Shown in pieces: positions 10,205-21,541 of a DNA stretch of 32,000 bases. This DNA comes from Wallemia ichthyophaga EXF-994 (taxonomy: Eukaryota; Fungi; Basidiomycota). Under the pieces are notes generated by a model. That model made no database searches, was not told where the DNA came from, and worked only from the letters and a program-made list of their open reading frames with translations. Location: positions 1 through 32,000 of the forward strand of contig NW_008806287.1 of the NCBI RefSeq assembly GCF_000400465.1. The letters run 5' to 3'. Position numbers and translations under genes: made by a program. The stretch's first letter is position 1. Every line of letters begins with the position of its first letter.

Positions 10205-11520
10205 ATGATGAAATTTAAATTTAAAATAAAAATAAATCCAACGCGCGGGTTCTCCACCAAAATAAATCAAGACAGCTTTACAAACACACCGCAGTCGATT
10301 CTATCACTTACACAGCGGCAACTACACAAACAACCAAATCATCCAATTGGTATTCTAAAGAGTCTTATTGAAAATTCTTTACCTGGATACAAACACCTTA
10401 CAGCACCTTCACCCATCGTTTCTACTTATAAAAACTTTGATCAGCTTGAATTTCCTATAGATCATCCAGGAAGATCTTTATCTGATAGCTATTACTTGAA
10501 CAAGGACACCATCTTACGGACTCACACTTCTGCTCATGAATGTGATGTCTTTAAATCAAACACAAATAAGTGGCTACTCACCGCAGACGTTTACAGAAGA
10601 GATGAAATAGATAGCTCGCACTACCCCGTATTTCATCAGATGGAAGGTGCTTGTGTTTGGGATGATTCAAATCAAAACGTTGAAAGTTCCATTCAAGATG
10701 AGTTGAATGCCTTACATAACTCACTCACTCAATCAAACATCATTACTCACGATGAAACCACTCTCAACAACCCAAACAACCCCTTCCAAGTCTCTCAAAG
10801 GCCGTCTGTCGCTGAACTCACCGTAAAACACCTGAAACTCACCCTGAATCTTCTAGTTTATAACTTATTTGCAAATATTCACCACCAACACTCCTCCCAA
10901 CCCCTACAAATTAGATGGATTGAAGCTTACTTCCCTTGGACTGGCCCTTCCTATGAACTCGAGGTTTTATGGGATGGCAAGTGGCTCGAGTTACTCGGAT
11001 GCGGTGTTATGCAACAACGCACCCTTCAACGGGCAGATATGCCTCACAAATCTGGTTGGGCTTTCGGTCTCGGTTTAGAGAGAATTGCTATGGTTCTCTT
11101 TGGTATCCCTGACATAAGACTATTCTGGTCACTCGATAGTAGATTCCTTGAGCAGTTTGAGCAGGGAAAAATTACCAAGTTTGTCCCTTACTCAAAATAC
11201 CCACCCTGCATCAAAGATGTCAGCTTCTGGGTCGATAAACCATTCCATGAGAATGACCTCTATGAGATTATTAGGGAAATTTCTCAAGATCTAGTAGAAA
11301 GCGTTGAATGTGTAAGTAGAGCTTCTCCGTCTGTATCATATCCCTCTCATCCACCTTCCAGATAGACAACTTCACTCACCCAAAAACTAACCGCCATAGC
11401 CTATGCTATCGGATTAATTACAGATCGATGGACAAGAACCTCACAAATGAACAGGCTAACGAGATGCATGCTAGGATTGTACACCAGCTCACTCAGTCTT
11501 TCGATATAGAGATTAGATAA
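10205..11520 (+). CDS. MSF1: Mitochondrial phenylalanyl-tRNA synthetase; join(10205..11311,11362..11520)
   Basis: LRTHTSAH, YRRDEIDSSHYPVFHQMEG, YFPWTGPSYELEV, WLELLGCG, GWAFGLGLERIAMVLFGIPDIRLFWS. Intron 11312-11361 (GTAAGT..CAG) restores the FDX-ACB anticodon-binding domain (IDNFTHPKTNRHSLCYRINYRSMDKNLTNEQ...IR-TAA). Confidence 0.95.
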
Positions 11521-11853
11521 AGTTGTACCTCGCTGATTTGATCACTGCTTCCGAAGTCATTCTTCTACTATAATTAATTTGTAGTGTACATTGCCACCAC
11601 GTATCACCACGCTACACGCCACCATTTTAAATTAAAATAAACACTCGGTCTCGACACCTCCGGAATAGCGGGCGCCGGAAATCGATCAGGCCATTGGATG
11701 AATATCAATAACTTTTTAAACTTTGACTATTTCAATCACTTACATCTTATTTACACATAAACACTTGAACACTCCAAAACACAAGTAGATTGCCACATTT
11801 GACAGAAAGGACACTTAGTACACATAACACACATATCACACTCAATACATCCT

Positions 11854-14800
11854 ATGGCTACCCCAATAACTCCAGACGCTGCTGCAAACGCTGTCGAAAA
11901 GACAATAGATTCGAATCCAACTGAAGATGGTACCTCCGAGGCCACAGAGAAGAATGCTCACTTTAACATTGGCAAGAAAGACTCTAGCCAATCCCTACAC
12001 AGTGAAAATAAAGACGTTGAAATCACCACCCCCTCCCAACCAAAGCCTGCGTCCTTCCCTGAAATGTGGAAGTACGCAACCCGTTTCGAGTTAATTCTCA
12101 ATGCAATCGGTATATTTTTCGCATGCGGCGCAGGTGCCACTCAGCCATTACTCTCTCTAATTTTCGGTAGAATGGTGTCCACAATGACCACTTTCCAACA
12201 ACGCTCTGTCGCTTATCAGGCAAATCCTTCAATTCCCGCAGTCGAACGCGCTTTCGATGCCGCTGTCGACGATCTCACTGATGAGGTCAACATGAATTGC
12301 ATCTACCTTGTCGTTATCGGTGTCGCCATGTTCATAGGTACTGCTGCATACACCTACATTTTCAGTTTCACTTCGGAAAAAATTTCACGCCGCATCAGAG
12401 AAAAGTATCTCCATTCCGTTCTGCATCAAGATATCGCATTCTTTGACAAGATTGGTGCTGGTGAGATCGCCACGCGTATCGAAACAGACACTCATCTCAT
12501 CCAGATGGGTATCTCGGAAAAAGTGGCTACTGCTGCCATGTACATAGCTACTTTTATTACAGGTTTCATCATCGCATTCGCCCGTCAAGCTAAATTGGCT
12601 GGTGTCATGTTCATCATCGTTCCTTGCATTGGTGTTCTCGGTGGTTTGCTCACCACTTTTACCTCCAAATATCAGTCACGCTCGCTCGACAACATCGCCG
12701 AATCAGGCACTCTTGCTGAAGAAGTCATTTCTACCATTCGTACTGCCAAGGCATTCGGCTCTCAGGTTCTTCTGGGCAATTTGTACGACACACAGCTCTA
12801 TCAAGCGCGTAAACAGGGGTACAAATCTGCTTCTGCAAATGCACTGGGTTTGACAGGGGTGTTTTTCATCATTTATAGTAGTTACGCGTTAGCATTCTGC
12901 TGGTAAGTGTTTTCTCTACGCGTCTTCGTCTGACACTTTAAAGGGGTACGACTTTAATTCTCCGCGGTGAAGCAAACACGGGCAAAATTGTCAGCGTTTT
13001 CATGTCCATCCTCATCGGTGCTTTCTCTCTCGCAATGATCAACCCAGAGCTGCAAGCCATAGGTAAGGGCCGCGGTGCAGCAGCCAAGATCTACGAAACG
13101 ATCGAACGCGTACCCTCCATCGACAGCTCCAACGACGACGGTCTCAAACCGGCCACTGTCGATGGAAATATCTCTTTCACAGGAGTGAATTTCTCCTACC
13201 CCGCCCGAGCGGACGTGCAAGTAATGAAGGAATTCACCGCCACCTTCCCCAAAGGCCAATTTACAGCGCTAGTCGGAGCTTCTGGCAGTGGAAAGAGTAC
13301 ATCGGTCAGTCTGATTGAACGTTTCTACGACCCTCTCTCCGGCACCGTGAAGCTAGATGGTGTCGACCTGCGCGACCTGAATGTAAAATGGCTCCGCAGC
13401 AAGATCGGTCTAGTTGGACAAGAACCCATCTTGTTCAACGACTCGGTGCGCGCAAATGTCGAGCATGGCCTGATCGGTACGGATATGGAGGGTTGGGATG
13501 ATGAACGCAAGCTGGAGCTCGTCGTGCGTGCGTGCACGATCGCCAATGCTGACGGCTTCATCAATACTCTCCCAGAAAAATATGAAAATTCTGTTGGTGA
13601 GCGTGGTATGCTGCTGTCAGGGGGCCAGAAGCAGCGTGTGGCAATTGCGCGCGCTATCGTGTCTGACCCGCCTATTTTGCTGCTCGATGAGGCGACTGCA
13701 GCGCTCGACTCAGCGTCGGAATCTATCGTCCAGAAGGCTCTCGACCAGGCTGCACAGAACCGCACTACGGTCTCTATCGCTCACCGTCTCTCTACTATTA
13801 AGAACGCTCACCAGATCATCGTAATGGGCGGAGGTGAAATTATCGAGGTCGGAGATCATGCTTCCCTCACGGCTAAAAAGGACGGCGCTTACTCTACCCT
13901 CGTCGCTGCGCAATCTTTGGCACAAGCTAAGAGCGATGAAGCTGCTCAGTCTAAAGGTGATGCAGGTGATGAAGGTGAAGGTGAAGATGGTGCAGGATTG
14001 GATGATGAATACCACGACAAGCAAGAAACACACGACGAAAAGCCCCTCGAGCGCGCACAGAGTGCAGGTGGCCGTTCCATAGCCAGTGTGGTTCTCGAGC
14101 AGCGTCGCGAAGAGCAGGGCGATTGGAAAGAGAAGCACTACTCCTTTTTCAGCGTCCTTGTTGAGCTCGTCAAATTAAACGTCGGTGCTCGTTGGATGTA
14201 CGCTGTCGGCGCTGCAGCTGCCGTCCTCACTGGTGCTGTCTATCCATGTTTCGCTATCGTGTTCGGTAAAACACTCCAGGACCTCTCCCTCGATCCAAGC
14301 TCACCAAATTGGCACGACCGCATGAGACATAGCGGTGATAGAAATTCCCTCTACTACTTTGTCATCGCTATCGGCGCCTCTATCGCCATCTACATTCAAT
14401 CCCTCTCCATGCATTCGGCTGGCGAGGCGCTCACTTATATCCTCCGTCATAAATCTTTCGCCAAGCTGCTCAGATCTGACGTTATGTACTTTGATAGAAA
14501 AGAAAATAGCACCGGTGTCGTTACTAGTGAACTCAGTTCGAACGCGCAGAAGGTAGGTGAATTCTTTGCTCTTTATCATTGCAGTACTGACATAAAATTT
14601 TAGGTCCAAGGACTTGCTGGCGTTACTGCAGGTACGATCTGTCAAAGCATAGCGACTTTGATCTGTGGTATAGCCGTCGGAATTGGCTTCAACTGGCGTC
14701 TCGGTCTTATTGCAATGGCCTGTATTCCTTTTACGATCAGTGCAGGCATTACTAGGCTGCGCATCGTCGTCCTGAAAGACAAGAGGGTCAAGAAGGCCTA

Positions 14801-16054
14801 CGAAGACTCGTCACAATTCGCCTGCGAAGCGGCTGGCAGTATTAGAACAGTAGCGAGTTTAACTAGAGAGGATCAGATTACTAAATACTACCACGATGCC
14901 CTCGAATCACCATACCAGGAAAGTGTCAAGAGTGGCGTCTGGGCGAGCGCCCTCTTTGCACTCGGCCAAACGCTAACCTTCTGGGTTCTTGCTCTTATTT
15001 TCTGGTACGGTAGTGGTCAGCTTACTCGGTTGGAGGTTGACCTTCAAGGCTTTTACGTCACACTGATGGCGGTCATCTTTTCCAGTATCCAAGCAGGAAA
15101 TGTGGGTTCTGATGAGCGTTATTGTTACCTCTACTGACTTTAACATAGGTGTTTGCATTCGTACCTGACATCTCCAGTGCGAGGGGTGGAGCAGCGCGCA
15201 TACTGAAGCTGCTTGACACAAGGCCAGAAATCGAAATTGACAACGAGAATGTGGATGGAAAGCACCTCGACAGTGTTGAAGGACACGTTACATTCGAGAA
15301 TGTCCACTTTAGGTACCCAACTCGTTCAGATGTGCCTGTACTTCGCTCGTTAGATTTGGAAGTAAAACCAGGCAGCTATGTAGCGCTTGTCGGGCCTAGC
15401 GGGTGTGGAAAGAGCACTACGATTCAGCTGATGGAGCGCTTTTACGATCCAACATACGGTTCAGTCAAGCTGGATGGACATGAAGTACGTGACCTAAATC
15501 TGAACAACCTCAGGTCGCATATGGCGCTTGTATCTCAGGAGCCTACTCTATATGCGGGTACAGTCAAGTACAACATCCTGATGGGTGCTACGAAGCCACA
15601 CGAGGAGGTCAGCCAGCAAGAACTGGAAGAGGCATGCGCAGATGCGAACATACTTGAATTTGTGCAAGGTTTACCTGATGGTTTTGAAACGCAGGTTGGT
15701 GGGAAGGGTACGCAGCTGTCGGGAGGACAGAAGCAGCGTATTGCAATCGCTCGCGCGCTCATACGTAAACCCAAGATACTGCTGCTGGACGAGGCTACAA
15801 GTGCACTCGACCAGACGAGTGAGGCGGTCGTGCAGGCTGCGTTGGACAAAGTAGCCTCGGGTAGGACAACCATCGCTATCGCACATCGTCTCTCTACTAT
15901 CCAGAAGGCGGATAGGATATACGTCTTCAAGGATGGGAAGGTGAGCCAGGCTGGCACACATAAAGAACTCATCGAGGAGAAGGGCGGTCTGTATGCGGAA
16001 CTAGTCGCCCTCCAGACGCTTTCTAAGCGGGATGCTTACATGAGTTATCACTGA
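11854..16054 (+). CDS. MDR1: Full-length ABCB (P-glycoprotein/MDR-type) exporter, TMD-NBD-TMD-NBD; join(11854..12902,12944..14552,14604..15101,15149..16054), 1353 aa
   Basis: Two NBDs with Walker A (GASGSGKS, GPSGCGKS), signature LSGGQKQR, LLLDEAT and IAHRLSTI. Introns 12903-12943, 14553-14603 and 15102-15148 all keep frame and restore the TM helices. Confidence 0.95.
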
Positions 16055-16067
16055 CGCCACTGCGAAC

Positions 16068-16083
16068 GTACGTGTACACGTAC
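16068..16083. repeat. Perfect 16-bp palindrome GTACGTGTACACGTAC inside a 24-nt alternating purine/pyrimidine run (16067-16090)
   Basis: Read directly; begins 13 nt after the ABC transporter stop codon. Confidence 0.85.
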
Positions 16084-16725
16084 ACGTACATTCATCTTAT
16101 GCATTAATTCATGATAAATATTTTTAATATTGAGTATAATCAAGTAATTAATACATGACGCAGTCCACCTCGGCAACGGCTCGATCAAGTGAATGAATTT
16201 AGTAAAAATGGAATACACGGGGTTAATTGGGTGATCAGTTGGTTCGCCGTGCGCGATGCATGCGTTAGAGGGTCAGAGGGTCAGTGCGTTCGTGCGTCAA
16301 TTACGAAATGTGCGTATTGTAGATATTGGAGTGTACATAAGGTTGTAAAGGGTGTATATGATGTGTATATCGCGTTTATATTGTCTATATTATGTATATA
16401 TGAAAGTGGGGTATGTTCAAGTAGAATCTACATGGTGTGGAAGAAAAGCCAAGAAAGCCAGAATATTCAGGGGATGACAGGACACAGCTTTAGCATTTAT
16501 TCACGTGTAGATTGAATGTCTCGGGGGTTGTAGAGTGTGTGCCTGAATGTTCTGCAGAGAGGGGAAAGGCAGGGAAATGAAAACGAAGAAGCTGAGTGAT
16601 GAACAGGATTTGAAATAGAAAAGTCCCGTGTACTCCGCGTGTTCGATGTGTGTTCCCCGAGTGTTCCCGCGTCTAACCAGTGCTGTCTGGGTACACCAAG
16701 GTAAACAACTTAGGAGTCGATAGAG

Positions 16726-16766
16726 AAATAAAAATAAAAATAATTTAAAAATAATTGAATTTTAAA
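16726..16766. promoter_or_regulatory. AT-rich tract about 90-130 bp upstream of the SSN6 ATG, probable core promoter
   Basis: aaataaaaataaaaataatttaaaaataattgaattttaaa contains a single G in 41 nt. Confidence 0.5.
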
Positions 16767-16854
16767 CATATGTGTTCCTTACTTCATGTCCTCGTTGGTT
16801 TCCCCTCGTCACTAAAACCAAAGCTGGGAATTTAAATTTAAAAGATCGATAAAA

Positions 16855-19800
16855 ATGCAACGATCCTGGCCAGCGAATTACGTGCTACAGACGCCGATAT
16901 TAAGGAAGCTAGCGGCTGCGAATGAGGAAGCGTGGTTGAGTGCAGGTGGGTGCCGTTGATTTGCTGGCAATGCCAGGACTCAAGTTCATCACAGCGAGCA
17001 CCGCAGAGGCTATGAATGATGCAGAGAGAGCTCTAGTTAGCTACCAGAATGCTCTAGTGCACTCACCGTACTCAGTAACCGCTTTGAGTGCTGTCGGTGG
17101 TATTTATCGGGCAAGAGAGAATTATCCAAAGGTTGGAATATATTTGAGTATATACACGCCACCCTAATTATCCTAAATAGGCCATCGAATTCTACCAAAG
17201 AGCCCTCAACGTTCACCAAGATAACGGTGATATTTGGTCGTCGCTCGGACACGCTTACTTGATGATCGATGACCTCCAAAAGGCGTACACCGCCTACCAA
17301 CAAGCCCTCTACCACCTCCCTGCCCCTAAATTACAAGATCCAAAGCTCTGGTATGGCATCGGCATCCTCTATGACAGATACGGCAGCCTCGAACACGCAG
17401 AAGAAGCTTTCGCTGGCGTTATCAAGATTGCTCCCGAGTTTGACAAGGCTAACGAAATCTATTTTAGACTTGGCATTATTTATAAGCAGCAACAAAAGTT
17501 CGCCACTAGCTTGGAGTGTTTCAGGTACATCCTCACAAGTCCCCCCAAGCCTCTCTCCGAGATCGACATTTGGTTTCAAATTGGCCACGTCTATGAACAA
17601 CAGAGGGAATTTTCTTTAGCCAGGGAGGCTTACGAGAGAGTCCTTTTGGAGAACCCCGAGCACGCTAAAGTTTTGCAGCAACTTGGTTGGCTCTATCATC
17701 AGACTTCCTCCAACTCCTCCAACAACAACACCAACAACTCTGATCAGGAACTCGCCATCCAGTACCTTACAAAGTCTTTAGGCGTTGACCCCACTGACCC
17801 TCAATCCTGGTATCTTCTCGGCAGGGCTTACATGGCCGGTCACAAGTTCAATAAGGCTTACGAAGCTTACCAGCAGGCTGTTTATAGGGATGGCCGCAAT
17901 CCCACTTTCTGGTGCTCCATTGGTGTTCTTTATTACCAAATCAATCAGTATAGGGATGCTCTAGATGCTTACTCCCGCGCAATTCGCCTTAACCCTTACA
18001 TTTCTGAGGTCTGGTTTGATTTGGGTTCTTTATATGAGAGTTGTCACAATCAGATCTCAGACGCGATTGACGCGTACGCAAGAGCTGCCGATCTCGACCC
18101 TACAAATCCGCACATCAAGCAGCGTTTGCAGTTGTTGAAGAATGTTCAGGCTAACGGGGGCTCTGTTCCAGCAGCACCTGTGCCTCAGGATGTACACCCC
18201 ACTGCCTACGCCCAACCACAAGCTGTGTCCAATACCACTGCAAACAGCGACTCTACTCCGCAGTATCAACCTACAATCGAACCCTCCGATGGTATGCAGC
18301 GTGAGCAACGTGAGCATCAGCAGAGAGTGATGCAGGTTCAAGTCCAAGCTCAGGCTCAGGCTCAGGCTCAAGCTCCACCTCCAACTCAACTTGCACCGCC
18401 AGGAAGAGATGTAGAAATGGAGCAAGTACCTCAGTACGCTGCTATCCCCGCTAGACATATCACTTACCAGCGCAACTCTCCCGCTGCACGTTCGGCCGAC
18501 CAAACACTCGTCAGTTACGCCCCTCAATACGATGAGTCGGGTAGGCCAATTGTTGATTGGGAGGGCAGACCGGTTTCTGTGCAAAGGTATCACTCACCTG
18601 TCGCCCCTGAGAGTAGGAGAGGTTCTAATTCGGCGCAGGCTTCTATGCAGTCCCCCAATAAGCCTGCTCATAACGCTCACCCTCCACATCTCTCCCAGTC
18701 ATATGATAGAAGTGTCGGAGTCGGTGTCAATGGCGCGCCTCGTTCGCGTTACGATCCTCGCATGGACCAGCGTGAGCAGGTGCAGCAAGTGCAAATACAA
18801 CAGCAACAAATCCAGCAGATGCAAATGCAGCAGACAACTCAGCAGCAAGTGCAACAGCAACATCACCCACAACACAAAATTACGAACGCTCATCAGGAAT
18901 CACCACCTCGCATAACACCGGCAAAGTCAGCGAGAGGGCGCAAATCACTCGCACAGGCGCAGTTGCAACGCATAGAGAGCAACGATGCGGCTGCATACAC
19001 ACCGCCCGCGCTGGATGCAGGTGCTTACGCTCAGGTTCAACCACGCAGACCCACTCCGCGTGGCCGCAGTGGTATGAGTGGAGGAGTGTATGGAGTGGGT
19101 GCTGGAGCTGGAGCTGAAGCATCTGGAGCACCTGGATCAGTGGAATCGCCGCAGAGAAACACACACACACACAATCAAAGCATGGCGAATATGAATAATG
19201 TTAAAAATGTCAATGTGCGCGCTCAACAACAGCAAGCGACAGCAGTGCATTTGCATCCACGGGCGCATCCACAATCGCAGTCGCAGTCTCAATCTCAACC
19301 ACACTCTCATCAAGCAATCGCAGCTCCTTCTACATCCACCTATGCGCAATACGCAAACCACAATAATGGCCGTTACAGCCAGTCGCCGCAGTCAGAAGAC
19401 GATAGCAATGGTGCAACGCTACACAAAGCGCATACTCACACTCAATCTCAACCTCATCACACTTCATCATCTGCCGCACCTGCAGTTCCGCCCGTCGCGC
19501 GTTTTGTCGACGAGGACTACGACGAGGGTGCAGCAGATGCGCTCATGGGACTGGCAGGAGCGGCAGCAGCTTCGGATCGAATGGCGAATATGGAAAGCAA
19601 TGCGAATGTGTCAAACAAGGCAGACACGAACACGTCCTCAATGAGTGTACCACCGTCAATACGCGAAATGCGTGATGTGGATAATGAACCAGAAGTGCTT
19701 CAGCCTACACCGCATCGTCTCAGCGTAATGCATGACAGCATCGGCATGAAGAAGCGACATAATGGAGAAGTCGATGGAGTTGATACACGTGACGCACCAG

Positions 19801-20177
19801 TATCTGCATCTGCATATGACGCACCAGATACAACCCCACATGACTCTCACCTTCCTCCTAATAAAAGACTCAAGGAGGTACACGTCGAGACTGACCCAGC
19901 GGCATTCCCGCGCAAGCATAGCATGAATACTATGGGCACTGTGGGGAATGTGGATGAGGGGGATGAGATGGAGGAGGATGAGCTGGATGAGCAGGGGCAG
20001 GGATATGATGAGAAAGATGACAATGAGCAGAATGAGAAAGACGAGGAGCAGCAGCAGCAACAACAACAACAGCAACAGCAACAGTCACCACACTATCAAC
20101 ATGACCCACACCCACGTCAACCTGACCAAGAAAGGCAGGAAATGCACGATATGCACGACATGAAGGATACTCAGTGA
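16855..20177 (+). CDS. SSN6: General transcriptional corepressor Ssn6/Cyc8 (TPR array plus Q-rich disordered C-terminus); join(16855..16945,16995..17131,17181..20177), 1074 aa
   Basis: TPR motifs LAAANEEAWLS, WSSLGHAYLMIDDLQKAYTAYQQAL, DPKLWYGIGILYDRYG, SWYLLGRAYM, YQQAVYRDGRNPTFWCSIGVLYYQINQYRDALDAYSRAIRLNP. Introns 16946-16994 and 17132-17180 keep frame. Confidence 0.95.
18333..18374 (+). repeat. Coding (QV)2(QA)5 repeat in Ssn6
   Basis: CAGGTTCAAGTCCAAGCT(CAGGCT)3CAAGCT. Confidence 0.9.
20049..20084 (+). repeat. Coding CAG/CAA tract, 12 Gln, near the Ssn6 C-terminus
   Basis: cag cag cag caa caa caa caa cag caa cag caa cag. Confidence 0.9.
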
Positions 20178-20866
20178 GGAGCAAGCAGAGCAATCCAAAA
20201 GGCAGTATAACAGGAATGGCGGTGGTGTATAATTGTGTGTCTGGCCACTTGCTCTATTACAATCCAACTAACCACCTCACCTTCTCAACAGATTCTAATC
20301 TTGTTCCATATATTTATGCCAACAACCTTGTACACAAGCTAAACCACAGCCATACGCATATGCATAAGACGTTTTCGTCACTCGACTTCATAACGATTCT
20401 TCAACATTCCTCACTCAACTGTAACTGATCGACTCCAACGGATTCGTAAATTGAATGACTTCATTGCTTACCTCCACCTGTTGAGCACTGTCTCAAAGAG
20501 CGCAACATTCCGTCCAGCTAAAAGATATGTCAAATCTTATTAATCGCTGTAAAAACCTCCATCAGCTAAAACAGACCCAACACAACCAATCAAGTTTTAT
20601 TAAAGTCTCTGAAATGCTCTATGGGGGTCCTGGTACCTGGCGGTGACGTTACCATGGGTGGAGGTTATTCGAATCACTTATGGATGTATTTTTTAAACAG
20701 CATTTTTTAATGTATTGGTTTACGTTTGCTGTATTTGCCTGTTTTTATTTTCGGAACCATTTGTTTGACATTATTGGGAGGGGACCGTGCCTGTATGACG
20801 TACTACTCAAAAATTATTTAAGGTCCGAACTCGTCTATTAGTCTTTTATATTACAACCTTTACGAA

Positions 20867-21541
20867 ATGAAATTCTCAACCGTCGCTCTCTCTGCTCTCA
20901 CTGCTGTCGCTGCCGCCGGTCCAATTGTTCAAAGACAATCACTGGCTGATGGTCTTGACAAAGGTATCAAAGAACTCAACAACAATCTCGAGCCTGTTAC
21001 CGAAAACACCCTCGATGGTGTAAACAGCCTTGTCGGTGATATCCTCATGCCAGGCGAGGGAACAAACGAAGCCCAGAACATTCTTTATGATGCCAACTCT
21101 CAAACAGCAAAAGGAGTTAAGGAAGTTCTCAACGCTACCAGAGATTACATCAACAGCATCTTACAAGGTGATTTGACCGAAGAGCGCGGCAACCAAGTCA
21201 TTGCTGAATTCAACAAGGCCAACAAGGACCTCAGTGGTGGTTTGAGCACCTTGTTGAACGGTGTCCAAGACACTCTCCAAAAGATAAACGAGAATGCCCT
21301 TGACTTGGGTCTCTTCCCAGAAGAAGTCCAAAAGTACTTCAACCAATTCAACGGCAACACCAGCGATGCTGCCACTGAGTTGGTCCAAGCCGTTAACCAA
21401 ATCATCAACAGCATCTTCTACAACAACGGTGCTAGCCCACAAACTATCCAAAACCAGGTCAACCAAGGAAACACTGATCTCACCAACGCACTCGAGGCTT
21501 TGTTGAAGGGTGTCAATGCAATCCTCAACTCCGCAAACTAA
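20867..21541 (+). CDS. Secreted, cysteine-free, acidic, Asn-rich protein built of amphipathic helical repeats, 224 aa
   Basis: Signal peptide MKFSTVALSALTAVAAA, short pro-region ending QR/Q, intronless, strong AAC/GGT/CTC codon preference, internal repeat of about 83-85 aa. No family recognised. Confidence 0.9.
   Translation: MKFSTVALSALTAVAAAGPIVQRQSLADGLDKGIKELNNNLEPVTENTLDGVNSLVGDILMPGEGTNEAQNILYDANSQTAKGVKEVLNATRDYINSILQGDLTEERGNQVIAEFNKANKDLSGGLSTLLNGVQDTLQKINENALDLGLFPEEVQKYFNQFNGNTSDAATELVQAVNQIINSIFYNNGASPQTIQNQVNQGNTDLTNALEALLKGVNAILNSAN

Noticed and set aside
11854-16054. Ste6-type pheromone exporter identity, suggested by the nearby RGS gene
   Set aside because: The sequence reads as a canonical MDR1/Pmd1-like ABCB and no pheromone or receptor genes are visible; a phylogeny would be needed to exclude it formally.
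16052-16060. Stop-codon readthrough giving cryptic peroxisomal isoforms (TGA-C context after the ABC gene; other stops also read through by hand)
   Set aside because: No TGA-CTA context, and none of the extensions I translated ends in a PTS1-like tripeptide.
16596-16700. Box C motif GTGATGA (possible C/D snoRNA)
   Set aside because: No CTGA box D or terminal stem within a plausible distance downstream.
4572-19644. Long antisense or alternate-frame ORFs (e.g. 4572-5084, 7159-7743, 9699-10187, 13325-13765, 18057-18593, 19198-19644)
   Set aside because: Shadow ORFs of GC-rich or low-complexity coding sequence; the opposite or other frame carries the recognisable protein.
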